The notes beneath the pieces were generated by a model. That model searched no databases, had not been told where the DNA came from, and worked only from the letters and a program-made list of their open reading frames with translations. The translations under genes and the position numbers were made by a program. Positions 42,081 to 52,294 of a stretch of DNA of 64,000 nucleotides are shown piece by piece; position 1 is the stretch's first letter; every line of letters begins with the position of its first letter. Source of the DNA: an uncultured Methanosarcinaceae archaeon (GTDB taxonomy: Archaea > Halobacteriota > Methanosarcinia > Methanosarcinales > Methanosarcinaceae); NCBI GenBank assembly GCA_963727895.1, contig CAVSHT010000011.1, positions 256,001-320,000 on the forward strand, read 5' to 3'.

Positions 42081-44573
42081 TTACTTTGCTTTCGGAATTT
42101 TTACCTCTACACTGTTTCCATTTTCAATATCTTTTTCTGTTACCTGTATTCCTGAAATTGTGACATTTTTATCTGTTTTCAGGGTATAAGCTAACAGAGC
42201 ATTGACTCCACCTGCTGTATTTTCGGTCGAATAGGGTACAGTTATTTCAAATGAGCCGTTCTTGTCTGATACTGCTTCATTCTGATATGTAAATTTTCGG
42301 CCTGCGTTGGAGCTCAGTTCAAGGGTAGCAGTAATGTTCTGTCCTGGAGATGTAGTACCTGAAAGCTTGGCTCCGGAAACAAACTCGAATACCTTTACGC
42401 CGTCACTGTCATTATCTTCTTCTTCAGATACATTACTTTCATGAACAAGCCTCAGGTTTCCAAGGTTTGATCCATCAAGTCGATAAAGTTTGTATATCTC
42501 GGTATTTATGAATGCCTTTTTAGCAGTTGCAACGGTCGAAAAGCTGCCATTCTCATTAACTGTTTGAATGTTTAAATATTGACTTATGTTTTTGCCTGCA
42601 AGTGTAACAATAGAACTAAACTTGCCGGTTGCCATCTGTTTGTCAGCGATTACATACTTTACCTTGAGCTTTTTCATAATCTCATTTGCTTGTTTCTCCG
42701 AGTCAGTCAGGAAGAAAAGTGAAGAATCCTGTATGCCTGTCTGGAAATTGTTTGAAACCGCAGGTCTTTTGGCCGTATATACAATCCAATTTCCGTAATC
42801 CCACCAGCTCAAAACCCCATATTCAGGAGTTTTGGAAGGGTTATCATAATAAGAAGTTTTAGGGCTTGAAGATTCAAGCCAGGTAAGAGAGTCCTTCCAT
42901 GAAGGATCAATAAAGCCGCCATTATCTGCAAGAGCAAGTCCTATCCATGCACAGGGTACAAACACAAACCCTAGCAGTATAATGGATGAAATAATTTTGA
43001 AGTAATCGGGTTGAGAATTCTTTTTTGAGCTTGATAAATTATTAGTTTTCATCTTTGATTTTGTTTTTGACTTTGTTTCCTTTCCGGTCTTAATTTCATG
43101 GATAGAGTTGTTTCCTATTGGTTTGGATTTTAATAATTTCTTTACTTCAGTTTCAAAGTCTAAAGACTCAAATAAAACCCATAAGAAGTATGCACTAAGG
43201 ATTGAAATGTTTACTGCAAACAGATATGTAAAACGCCTTTGGTTAAATGCTAAATATGCAAAGAATATTGACCACAAAAGGAAAAATACCCCTTCAGACT
43301 TTGATTTTTCTCTTTTCCATTCAAGGCACAGAAGGAAAAAGCCTCCTAAAGTGGTAATGAGACAAAGTCCTAGACTTCCTATTACTGGCGAAAGGGAAAA
43401 ACCGCCCTGTTCATCTAAAAATAGGGGTAGAGCTTCGGTAATTGTGCCTAAGTATTCACCTATTCCCAGGAAGTATTCTATTCCCTGAATTATGAAATTA
43501 TAAGTTTCGACGGAAAAAATTCTGAGGGACAGAAGTCCAGCTACAGAAATCAGTATTAAAGCAGCTGGATAATATTTCCAGTCTAGATCTTTTTTCAAGA
43601 TATATGAAGAAAAACCCCAGAGAATTAAGGTTCCTGCTAGCATAGCAAATACATAGAATACCTGGAACCATGAAAGGTACATTGCACTCATTTCTAGTCT
43701 AGGACGTACGGACATAGCTGATAGAGGAATGGTAAAGAGAAGCGTTACAAGTATGCTTGTAACAGCGCAGATCAGATGATAGTCAGATTTTTTCCCAGCT
43801 TTAAGGTCTATTATGGTCTGTATGAATTCATAAAGTACAATGAAGCTCACAAAAATCGGAGCTCCAATCCATGTATAAATCATGAGTGCAAAGAAAAAGC
43901 CGGATGCTCCTGCGAAAACTAATGGTTTTATAAGCTTCTTTTCAGAAGAAATATTTCGAAGAGAGTTAAGAGAAAGGGACTCTTCTCTAGCCCATTTTAA
44001 GGCAAGTATGAAGAGCGCATAAGCTGAGGTTGAGAGAAGAGTCTCTGCTACGTGGTGGTCAGTTGCCCCAAACTGGGATATATATATGTGCCCTGGAATA
44101 ACTGCAAAAATGAAAGCTGCAAGAAGTGCATTTTTTCTGTTAAATACCGAGGAAGCTGCAACATACAAAGGAATTACTGTCAGTACTCCAAGAATTACAG
44201 GTAACAAAGCTCCTGCAAATTCAATTGTATGAACAGTCGGATGTCCTCCTCCCATGATGTTTGCAAGTAGTCCACCTAACAGATCGAAAAAAGGTGGCCA
44301 CCCTATTTGATATCCTTGGGGATAATTAATGTAAGAATCAAAATTCAGAGTATGAGGAAAATTATAAGCTGTATATAAAATGCGTCGCATGTGATAGAAG
44401 CTATCGTATCCAATGAAGTTTATGTTTCCATTTGCCGTAACCGAGGAATATGACAGCATACGCATGAGAAAAGCAACTATTACAGCTATGGTCAGAGCAA
44501 TAGTACTGAATTTTGAATTATGAGCGGGTCGTTTTGCCACCGGACATCCCATGCCTTTGTTCGTTGTAACCAT
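42081..44573 (-). CDS. aglB: Oligosaccharyltransferase (STT3/AglB family); start uncertain
   Basis: YDSFYHMR, DHHVAE, TITEA, WWDYG, multiple TM helices. Confidence 0.93.
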   Translation of the reverse strand: MVTTNKGMGCPVAKRPAHNSKFSTIALTIAVIVAFLMRMLSYSSVTANGNINFIGYDSFYHMRRILYTAYNFPHTLNFDSYINYPQGYQIGWPPFFDLLGGLLANIMGGGHPTVHTIEFAGALLPVILGVLTVIPLYVAASSVFNRKNALLAAFIFAVIPGHIYISQFGATDHHVAETLLSTSAYALFILALKWAREESLSLNSLRNISSEKKLIKPLVFAGASGFFFALMIYTWIGAPIFVSFIVLYEFIQTIIDLKAGKKSDYHLICAVTSILVTLLFTIPLSAMSVRPRLEMSAMYLSWFQVFYVFAMLAGTLILWGFSSYILKKDLDWKYYPAALILISVAGLLSLRIFSVETYNFIIQGIEYFLGIGEYLGTITEALPLFLDEQGGFSLSPVIGSLGLCLITTLGGFFLLCLEWKREKSKSEGVFFLLWSIFFAYLAFNQRRFTYLFAVNISILSAYFLWVLFESLDFETEVKKLLKSKPIGNNSIHEIKTGKETKSKTKSKMKTNNLSSSKKNSQPDYFKIISSIILLGFVFVPCAWIGLALADNGGFIDPSWKDSLTWLESSSPKTSYYDNPSKTPEYGVLSWWDYGNWIVYTAKRPAVSNNFQTGIQDSSLFFLTDSEKQANEIMKKLKVKYVIADKQMATGKFSSIVTLAGKNISQYLNIQTVNENGSFSTVATAKKAFINTEIYKLYRLDGSNLGNLRLVHESNVSEEEDNDSDGVKVFEFVSGAKLSGTTSPGQNITATLELSSNAGRKFTYQNEAVSDKNGSFEITVPYSTENTAGGVNALLAYTLKTDKNVTISGIQVTEKDIENGNSVEVKIPKAK

Positions 44574-45180
44574 CTCTTTTAGTTTTTTCATCCATTTGAA
44601 TACTCCACTTTTGAGTAAATGGTCTTTGATATTGTTCAAATTAATTTAATAATTTTCAAGTTTTTTAATCCAACTAAGATGGTGGGTACTTCTGATTCTT
44701 ACCTCATCTAGCAAGTATTATATATAACTCTCCTAATGTTGGTATGAATTTTCAATGCTTATAACCGTTGAGCTTATAACCGTTGAAATTATTGAATTCT
44801 TGAATTTATGGAGAAGGCTTATTGTTAGTTATGGAAAATTTGTTTACTTAGGTGAGACATGTTATTACTAGGAAAATGGTTGATAGTATCAATGAGCCAA
44901 TTCTTCTCACTAATTTAAGCCCTAATGCTATTATTAAAGCTCTGAAGCTATTAATAAAAATATCCAATCCCAGTATAAAATCTTTTAAAAATTATAGTAT
45001 CATCAATAAAAATTTTTGATATTCTTGGTAAATATTTGATACTACTAGTATTAAGAATCTATCATAGTCTCGCAAATTAGAAAAATCATGTAAGTATCAT
45101 TTCTTACTCCCTTACTATACTGGATTTGTTTTTAGTTGCTTCTTAAATCCGTTAATACCCATAAAACAAGTGAGAGTTCG

Positions 45181-46279
45181 ATGAAAATAGCTATATTTCA
45201 TGATTATTTCGGAGCAATTGGCGGTGGAGAAAAACTCGTGCTCATGCTCGCAAAGCACTTCAATGCCGATGTTATCACTACTGACTTAAATGCGGAATCC
45301 ATAAAAAAAATGGGTTACCCGGATATTCGCATAATCAGCCTGGGAAATACCCCAAAAGTACCTCCTTTAAAACAAATTTCTGCATCTTATCACTTTGCAG
45401 TCTGTGATTTTTCAAAGGAATATGATTTCTTCATATTTTCAGGTAATTGGGCATATTTTGCAGCAAAGAAACATAAACCCAACCTTTATTACTGCCATAC
45501 TCCTACGCGGGCTTTCTATGATCTTTACGATACCTTTCATCAATAGACAGTCTTTCTTTATTTCGATCTTTTTCCGGATCTGGGTCAGTCTTCATAGACC
45601 AGTTTCCGAATATTATTTTTCCCACGTCTGTAAAATTGCAACTAATTCACAGAATACATTAACGAGAATAAAAAAATACTTTAACAGGGATGCTGAAGTT
45701 ATATATCCTCCTGTAGAAACTTCAAAATTTACGTGTAAAGAATATGGAGATTTCTGGCTTTCAGTAAATCGCCTTTATCCTGAAAAGAGAGTAGAAATCC
45801 AGATTGAAGCATTCAAAAAAATGCCTGAGGAAAAGCTTGTTATTATTGGAGGATATTCAGAAGGAGATCATGCAAAAAGTTACGCAAAAAATATTGTTGA
45901 CAATTTACCGGAAAACGTAAAGATTCTAGGAGAAGTTTCTGAACCTGAATTACTTGATTTTTATTCCCGCTGTAGAGGTTTTATTTGCACTGCTATGGAT
46001 GAAGATTTCGGAATGACGCCGGTGGAAGCTATGGCAAGTGGAAAACCTGTAGTAGCTGTAAACGAAGGCGGGTTTAAGGAAACAATAATTGACGGAAAAA
46101 CAGGCATGCTTGTAGAAACTGATATTCAAGATATCGTAAGGGCAGTAAAAGTTATTTCGAAGAATCCATCGAGGTATGGAAGTGAATGTCTTAAGAGAGC
46201 AGCTATGTTTGATATCTCTAATTTTGAAAATGCTATGAAAAAAAGTATTTCTCATGAAAACTGGCCGAAAGATATGTAA
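45181..46279 (+). pseudogene. GT4 glycosyltransferase, +1 frameshift near 45537
   Basis: GGGEK and YCHTP in one frame; [18 protein letters not shown] in the next. Confidence 0.85.
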
Positions 46280-46330
46280 ATTGGTCTAATAATAATTAAT
46301 TTTGAAAGCATAAGTCTTTTACCAAATTGA

Positions 46331-47143
46331 ATGAATTTCCTTCCATTTTGGCAAGTAGCAATAGGAGATATTAATTTGAATATAGGTTTAATTCTCGAAT
46401 TAGCAAAAAGGGATATTACTGAAAAATATTCTGGATCTACTTTAGGAGCTTTGTGGAACTTCATTTATCCACTTGTAGATATTTTTATCTTTACTGTTAT
46501 ATTTGGTAATCTTATGGGATCGCGTTTACCAGGTTCTTCTTCGGTCTTCGCATATGGATTCTATCTTACTTCTGGCGTAATTGCATGGAATGCTTTTTCG
46601 AATACTGTCACAAGGACATCTAGTGTTTTTTTAGACAAGAAATATATCATATCTAAAGTTAAGGTTGATCTTTCTTCATTTCCTCTCTATATTGCTGTTT
46701 CGGAGAGTATTACTTATGTTGTGACAATGGGAATATTTCTGTTCTTACTTCTAATCAGTGGTTATGGAGTAAGCCGTGCAATTCTATTCGTTCCATTTAT
46801 ATATATTGTCCAGCAGATCTTCGCTTATTCCATTGGATTTTTTGTTGGAGTATTTGTTGTCTTCGTAAGGGACTTAAAAGAAATTATAGGAATTATGTTT
46901 AAGATCTGGTTTTGGTTTACTCCAATCGTGTATCTTTATAATGTACTTCCAGATTTTGTAAAAAAGCTTATGGTTTATAACCCTGCGTTTTCATTCATTC
47001 ACTTATATCAAACTATATTTATATACAAAGAAATCCCGAGCTTAAAGCCTATTTTATGTCTGCTCTTGTTAAGTTTTGTAATTCTATTCTTTGCAGAGAT
47101 TGCCTTCAAAAAACTAGAAAAAGATATTCGAGATTTCATATAA
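46331..47143 (+). CDS. wzm: ABC-2 polysaccharide export permease
   Basis: KYSGSTLGALWNFIYP, WFWFTPIVY, NP. Confidence 0.9.
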   Translation: MNFLPFWQVAIGDINLNIGLILELAKRDITEKYSGSTLGALWNFIYPLVDIFIFTVIFGNLMGSRLPGSSSVFAYGFYLTSGVIAWNAFSNTVTRTSSVFLDKKYIISKVKVDLSSFPLYIAVSESITYVVTMGIFLFLLLISGYGVSRAILFVPFIYIVQQIFAYSIGFFVGVFVVFVRDLKEIIGIMFKIWFWFTPIVYLYNVLPDFVKKLMVYNPAFSFIHLYQTIFIYKEIPSLKPILCLLLLSFVILFFAEIAFKKLEKDIRDFI

Positions 47144-47168
47144 TTAAACTCACAAGTTGTGACTCAAT

Positions 47169-48356
47169 ATGATCAAAGTATCAGGTGTTTCAAAAAAGTT
47201 CAAGTTGTATCATACACCCACTGACAGATTAAAAGAGAAAATCTTAAGGAAAAAATATCACCGAGAGGTCACTGCATTAGATAATATCTCCTTTGAAGTG
47301 AATGAAGGACATACTCTCGGAATTGTAGGACAGAACGGAGCGGGAAAATCCACTATATTAAAGGTACTTTCAGGTGTCATGCTTCCGGATACGGGCTTGA
47401 TCGAAGTGGATGGAAAAATAACTGGTTTACTTGAATTAGGAACAGGTTTTGATCAAGAGCTTACAGGGCTTGAAAATATATTCATGAATGGGACATTTCT
47501 AGGAATGGATAAAAACGAAATCGAAAAGAAAAAAGAAGAAATTATTGATTTCACAGAGCTTGGGGATTTTATTTACGACCCGATAAAAACATACTCATCG
47601 GGTATGCTAATGAGACTTGCTTTCTCAATAGCAATGCATGCAGAACCAAAGTGCTTTTTAGTTGATGAAGCTCTCTCTGTAGGGGATGCATATTTTCAGC
47701 AAAAATGCATGAGAAAAATTCTGGAATTCAAAAACAATGGTGGATCCATTATTTTTGTATCTCATGATATGAATGCTGTGAAGACTATATGTGACTCAGC
47801 AATATTGTTAGACCATGGTCATATAATTAAATCTGGTGACCCAAAAAATATAATTGATTATTATCATGGAATGATTTTGCAAAAATCACATATGGGAGAC
47901 GCAGAAGTAAAATTATATGACATTGAAAACGTGAACAATTTTACAGGTCTTAAAAATCCAAATGTCTCAACAGGGGAAGTTGAACTTCTTTCTTTTAAAG
48001 TTCTGAATTCACTAAATGAAGAAATATTACATATTGAAAGTGAACAGGTAATTAAAGTCATATATCAAGTCAAAGCCTTAAAAGAATTATCTGATCCTCA
48101 CTTTGGTCTTCACGTTAGAAACAATCTGGGTGTATCGGTATTTGAAACAAATACATATTGCAGTGGCATTAAAACTTTTACTCTAAAAAAAGGACAGATT
48201 GCAGAATTAATCTGGGAATTCTTTTTTCCACTTTCAGCAGGAGATTATTCATTCTCTGTTGGTGTGGCAAATAAAGGATACGGAAAAGATGCTTTTGAAG
48301 AATATTTGCTCATGGCTCACGATGTAGAGGTTTTAAAAGTAATTCCTAATGAGTAG
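47169..48356 (+). CDS. wzt: Polysaccharide export ATPase with C-terminal Wzt_C domain; last ~25 codons appear frameshifted (to 48432)
   Basis: GQNGAGKST, YSSGMLMRLAFS, DEALSVGD; SAIIYSGVFNMKPKIKI continues in a shifted frame. Confidence 0.9.
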   Translation: MIKVSGVSKKFKLYHTPTDRLKEKILRKKYHREVTALDNISFEVNEGHTLGIVGQNGAGKSTILKVLSGVMLPDTGLIEVDGKITGLLELGTGFDQELTGLENIFMNGTFLGMDKNEIEKKKEEIIDFTELGDFIYDPIKTYSSGMLMRLAFSIAMHAEPKCFLVDEALSVGDAYFQQKCMRKILEFKNNGGSIIFVSHDMNAVKTICDSAILLDHGHIIKSGDPKNIIDYYHGMILQKSHMGDAEVKLYDIENVNNFTGLKNPNVSTGEVELLSFKVLNSLNEEILHIESEQVIKVIYQVKALKELSDPHFGLHVRNNLGVSVFETNTYCSGIKTFTLKKGQIAELIWEFFFPLSAGDYSFSVGVANKGYGKDAFEEYLLMAHDVEVLKVIPNE

Positions 48357-48658
48357 TGCAATTATCTATTCTGGAGTTTTCAATATGAAACCAAAAATAA
48401 AAATTCAAGAAGGATGCTGCAAAGAAGTATAAGCTTATTCTAAAAAGAGATATGAGCTTATTCGGAAAGAACTATAGTGTTTTTGATTAAATTATCATTT
48501 TTCTGTTGAAACATGCCGAAAATGAACATGTTTTAAGGGATAATAAAAGACTTAGATAATTAGACGTAGTTTCGGTTAAAGGACTTTATGTCATAATAAA
48601 TCATATACTCTGGAAATTGATTCATTTTACGATAATCAAGTTCATTGAGGAATATAAA

Positions 48659-50017
48659 TTGGATACACTAGAAATTAAAGATGAAGAGGTAAATGTCGAG
48701 AAGATCATGGAAAAAATCCGTGAGAATATAGAGAGGAGGAAAGAAGAGGGCATATATACAGAAAATGAACCGGAAATAATGAGTGAAACATTTTCTGCAG
48801 CTTCTCCTGTCAATAGGGATATTCCTGAAGGTCTCGAATTTATAAATTATTGTGACATTTGTAATGATAGTTATACAATAAGTTCTCATCGTCCAATTAT
48901 GGGGAAATTTCTTGTAGAAGGACGGAAAATTGTTCACGGAGAACTCCGAGATACGTTGATCCAGTGTTTCAAAAACAAAGAGATTTTAATTTTGGCGTTG
49001 TTGACGTGGTTAAACATTTAAAAATTGAATCTCAATACTTAAAAACTGATGTTGAACATTTGAGCACTGATTTTGAACGTCTAAGCACTGATGCTAAGCA
49101 GTTTAAAAACTGGTTTTGAGTATTTGAAAACAGATGCTGGACATTTAAAAACTGAGCGTTGAATCTTTAAAATTAGATTCCTTCCCAAAATATAAAATCT
49201 GAAGTTAATAATTTTATTTCTGCAATCGATTTGGATCTGGACAACAAAGGTTGGCTTAACAGTGTACTTGAGAATCGTTTAAAAGAAAACTTGCAAAATC
49301 ATAAGGTACAGAAATCTGAAGACAACGAAGCCTGAAATAAATTATTATGTATTTGAAGAACATTTCAGAGGGTCAAGGGATCATATCCAACTGCATCAAA
49401 GGGTGTTTTTAGACTACTTCACGGATTGTAAAAGTGTGTTGGATATCGGTTGTGGAAGAGGGGAATTCCTGGAACTAGCCAGGCAGAACAATATTGTTGC
49501 AAAGGGAATAGATATTAATGAAGATATGGTTAGTTTCTGCAAAGCTAAAAGTTTTGATGTAGAGTTAAAAGATGCAATTGAAACCCTTGAAAGTTTGGAA
49601 GACAAAAGCCTTGATGGAATTTTCATCAGTCAGGTAGTTGAGCATCTAGCTCCCGATTATCTAATCAAAATGCTAAACCTTTGCAATAAAAAACTCAAGT
49701 ATGGTTTTTATTTGATAGCAGAAACTGTGAATCCTCTGTCGCTCTTTTCGTTTGCCAATTTTTACATCGATCTTACTCATATAAAACCAGTACACCCTGA
49801 GACACTCAAGTTTTTATTAAGTGCAGTCAATTTCCGTGATATTGAAACAAAATTTATTTCTCCGGTTCCGGACAGCATGAAATTAAAAAAGTTGCCAGAC
49901 GTTGGTGATCTGAAAGGCAGAGATAAAGTTATGTTTGAAACTTATAACCATAATATAGATATGTTAAACAACACTTTATACGGACCGCAGGATTATGCAG
50001 TCATCGGTAAAAAATAA
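48659..50017 (+). pseudogene. Coiled-coil + class I SAM methyltransferase (glycan chain-terminator-like), multiply frameshifted
   Basis: VNVEKIMEKIRE, heptad repeats, FEEHFRGSR, VLDIGCGRGEFL, QVVEHL, DLTHIKP, GPQDYAVIG; about five 1-nt shifts between 48945 and 49335. Confidence 0.82.
49024..49172 (+). repeat. Seven degenerate 21-nt repeats encoding TDxExLK-like heptads
   Basis: Units start at 49024, 49045, 49066, 49087, 49109, 49130 and 49151; two units are 22 nt. Confidence 0.85.
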
Positions 50018-50072
50018 GCACTTGATGTTTGAATTACTATAATTTTTGTGTGCGGGACCGGGATAAATTAGT

Positions 50073-51242
50073 ATGAAACTAGCGTTTGTAACTCCTTGGT
50101 ACGGGAACATTCCTGGTGGAGCAGAAAGTGAATGTCGAAGGACAGTTGAAAACCTGCAAAAACACGGCGTTGAAGTTGAAATACTTACCACCTGTGTTAA
50201 AGAATTCTTGAGTGATTGGAGTACTGATTTTTATCAAGAAGGCGTTTATAATCTAAATGGAATAAGTATACGCAGATTTCCAGTCCGGAAAAGGGATACC
50301 ACTCGTTTTGATAAAATAAACTACAAGCTTATACGTGGGCTTAAGATCTCTTCAGAGGAAGAGAAGACTTTTATGCGGGAAATGGTGAACAGTCCTGGCC
50401 TTTATTCTTATATTGATGAACACGGCGAAGATTACGATTACTTTTTATTTATTCCATATATGTTCGGTACAACTTACTATGGATCTTGTATACACCCTGA
50501 AAAATCAGTTCTAATTCCATGTCTTCATGATGAAAGCTATGCTTACCTGGATATTTATAAGCCAATGTTTGAAAATGTCAAAGGTATTATTTTTCATGCA
50601 TCTCCTGAAAAAATATTGGCGAATAATCTTTATAACCTAAATAACAGGCAGATTGTCTTAGGAGAGGGAATTGATATGGGTTTTGAGTTAAACCCAGATA
50701 GATTCAGGGAAAAATACGGGATAAAAACTGATTTTATTCTTTATGCAGGCAGGAAGGAAGCCGGGAAAAATGTTCCTCTTCTCATCGATTTTTTTTGCAG
50801 ATATAAAAAGAATAGAGAGAATGAATTGAAGCTTGTTCTTATTGGTAGTGGAACAATAGAAATCCCCTCTAAAAATAAAAATGATATTATCGATCTGGGT
50901 TTTGTACCACTTCAGGATAAGTATGACGCATATGCGGCAGCTACTTTTTTGTGTCAGCCTTCTTTGAATGAAAGTTTTTCTATTGTGATCATGGAGTCAT
51001 GGTTATGCAAATCTCCTGTACTGGTACATGGGGATTGCGCTGTAACTAAAGACCACTGCATCAAATGTAATGGTGGACTTTATTTTAATGATTACTATGA
51101 ATTTGAAGGGTGCTTAGATTTCTATCTGGAAAACCCTGCCATCAGAAAGATTATGGCCGCAAATGGGATGTCTTACGTTATTGAAAACTTTAGCTGGGAT
51201 AAAATTGTAGAAAAATATATTGAATTCTTAAGGAGCCTTTGA
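50073..51242 (+). CDS. GT4 glycosyltransferase
   Basis: GGAE, YAGRKEAGK, ESFSIVIMESW. Confidence 0.92.
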   Translation: MKLAFVTPWYGNIPGGAESECRRTVENLQKHGVEVEILTTCVKEFLSDWSTDFYQEGVYNLNGISIRRFPVRKRDTTRFDKINYKLIRGLKISSEEEKTFMREMVNSPGLYSYIDEHGEDYDYFLFIPYMFGTTYYGSCIHPEKSVLIPCLHDESYAYLDIYKPMFENVKGIIFHASPEKILANNLYNLNNRQIVLGEGIDMGFELNPDRFREKYGIKTDFILYAGRKEAGKNVPLLIDFFCRYKKNRENELKLVLIGSGTIEIPSKNKNDIIDLGFVPLQDKYDAYAAATFLCQPSLNESFSIVIMESWLCKSPVLVHGDCAVTKDHCIKCNGGLYFNDYYEFEGCLDFYLENPAIRKIMAANGMSYVIENFSWDKIVEKYIEFLRSL

Positions 51243-51244
51243 AA

Positions 51245-52294
51245 ATGGAGATTCACCAGATCTTGCCAACAATTTCTCCAGGAGATGCCATAGGCAATGA
51301 GGTCAAGGAAATTAAAAAAATTCTGAATGAATGGGGATACAAATCTGAAATCTACGCTCAAAACATACATCCCAAAATTAACGCAAAAAAGTATACCGAA
51401 TATACAAAGGTTTCTTCAAAAGAAAACATAGTAATTTTTCATTTCTCTATCGGTTCTGAAATTTCTGAATTTGTTGCAAAACTTCCCGATAAAAAAATAA
51501 TGATTTACCACAACATTACCCCTTCTAAGTATTTTCGTGGGGTCAATGAAACTCTTGTAAACTTACTGGATAATGGAAAAAAAGAGCTCAGATCACTTGT
51601 TGGTCACATTGACCTTGCTGTTGGGGTTTCTGAATACAATAGGTTAGAACTGCAAAAACTTGGATTTAAAAATACAGACGTTTTACCTATAATAATAGAC
51701 TTTCAAGAGTATAACAATCCGAATGAAAAATTGCTTTCAAAATATGATGATGATTTCGTGAATCTCTTATTTGTAGGTAGAGTAACCCCTCATAAAAAAC
51801 AGGAAGACGTAATAAAAGTATTTTATTATTACAAACTCATTAACCCCAAATCAAGGCTTTTTTTGGCTGGAAGTTATGAAGGCTGTGATGTTTATTCAAA
51901 CTATCTAAAGAATCTCATTCTAAGTTTGGGTCTAAAAGATGTTCATTTATTAGGTAAAATTAGTTTTAATGATCTTATTTCCTACTATAAATTAGCTGAT
52001 GTCTTTATTTGTATGAGTGAACATGAAGGTTTTTGTGTTCCTATGTTGGAAAGCATGTATTTTGAAGTTCCAATTATAGCATATAACTCTACAGCTATCC
52101 CGGAAACTCTTGAGAATTCGGGGGTTCTGATTAACGAAAAGAATTATTGTGAAATTGCTGAGCTAATAAACATATTGATAGAAGATAAGGAATTAAGGTC
52201 AAAAATTGTTGAGAAACAGAAAAAAAGATTAGATGATTTTAATAAAGAAAAAATAATTCTTAGGCTTGAAAGTATTTTATCTAAGGTGAGATAA
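51245..52294 (+). CDS. GT4 glycosyltransferase
   Basis: GDAIGN, FVGRVTPHK, HEGFCVPMLES. Confidence 0.92.
   Translation: MEIHQILPTISPGDAIGNEVKEIKKILNEWGYKSEIYAQNIHPKINAKKYTEYTKVSSKENIVIFHFSIGSEISEFVAKLPDKKIMIYHNITPSKYFRGVNETLVNLLDNGKKELRSLVGHIDLAVGVSEYNRLELQKLGFKNTDVLPIIIDFQEYNNPNEKLLSKYDDDFVNLLFVGRVTPHKKQEDVIKVFYYYKLINPKSRLFLAGSYEGCDVYSNYLKNLILSLGLKDVHLLGKISFNDLISYYKLADVFICMSEHEGFCVPMLESMYFEVPIIAYNSTAIPETLENSGVLINEKNYCEIAELINILIEDKELRSKIVEKQKKRLDDFNKEKIILRLESILSKVR

Noticed and set aside
45543..45545. TAG in the GT4 gene as pyrrolysine
   Set aside because: The downstream GT4 half is in a different frame.
48354..48356. TAG ending wzt as pyrrolysine readthrough
   Set aside because: The Wzt-like continuation is in a shifted frame, not in frame.
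49024..49172. 21-nt repeats as CRISPR or iterons
   Set aside because: No spacers; codon-phased heptads inside a gene.
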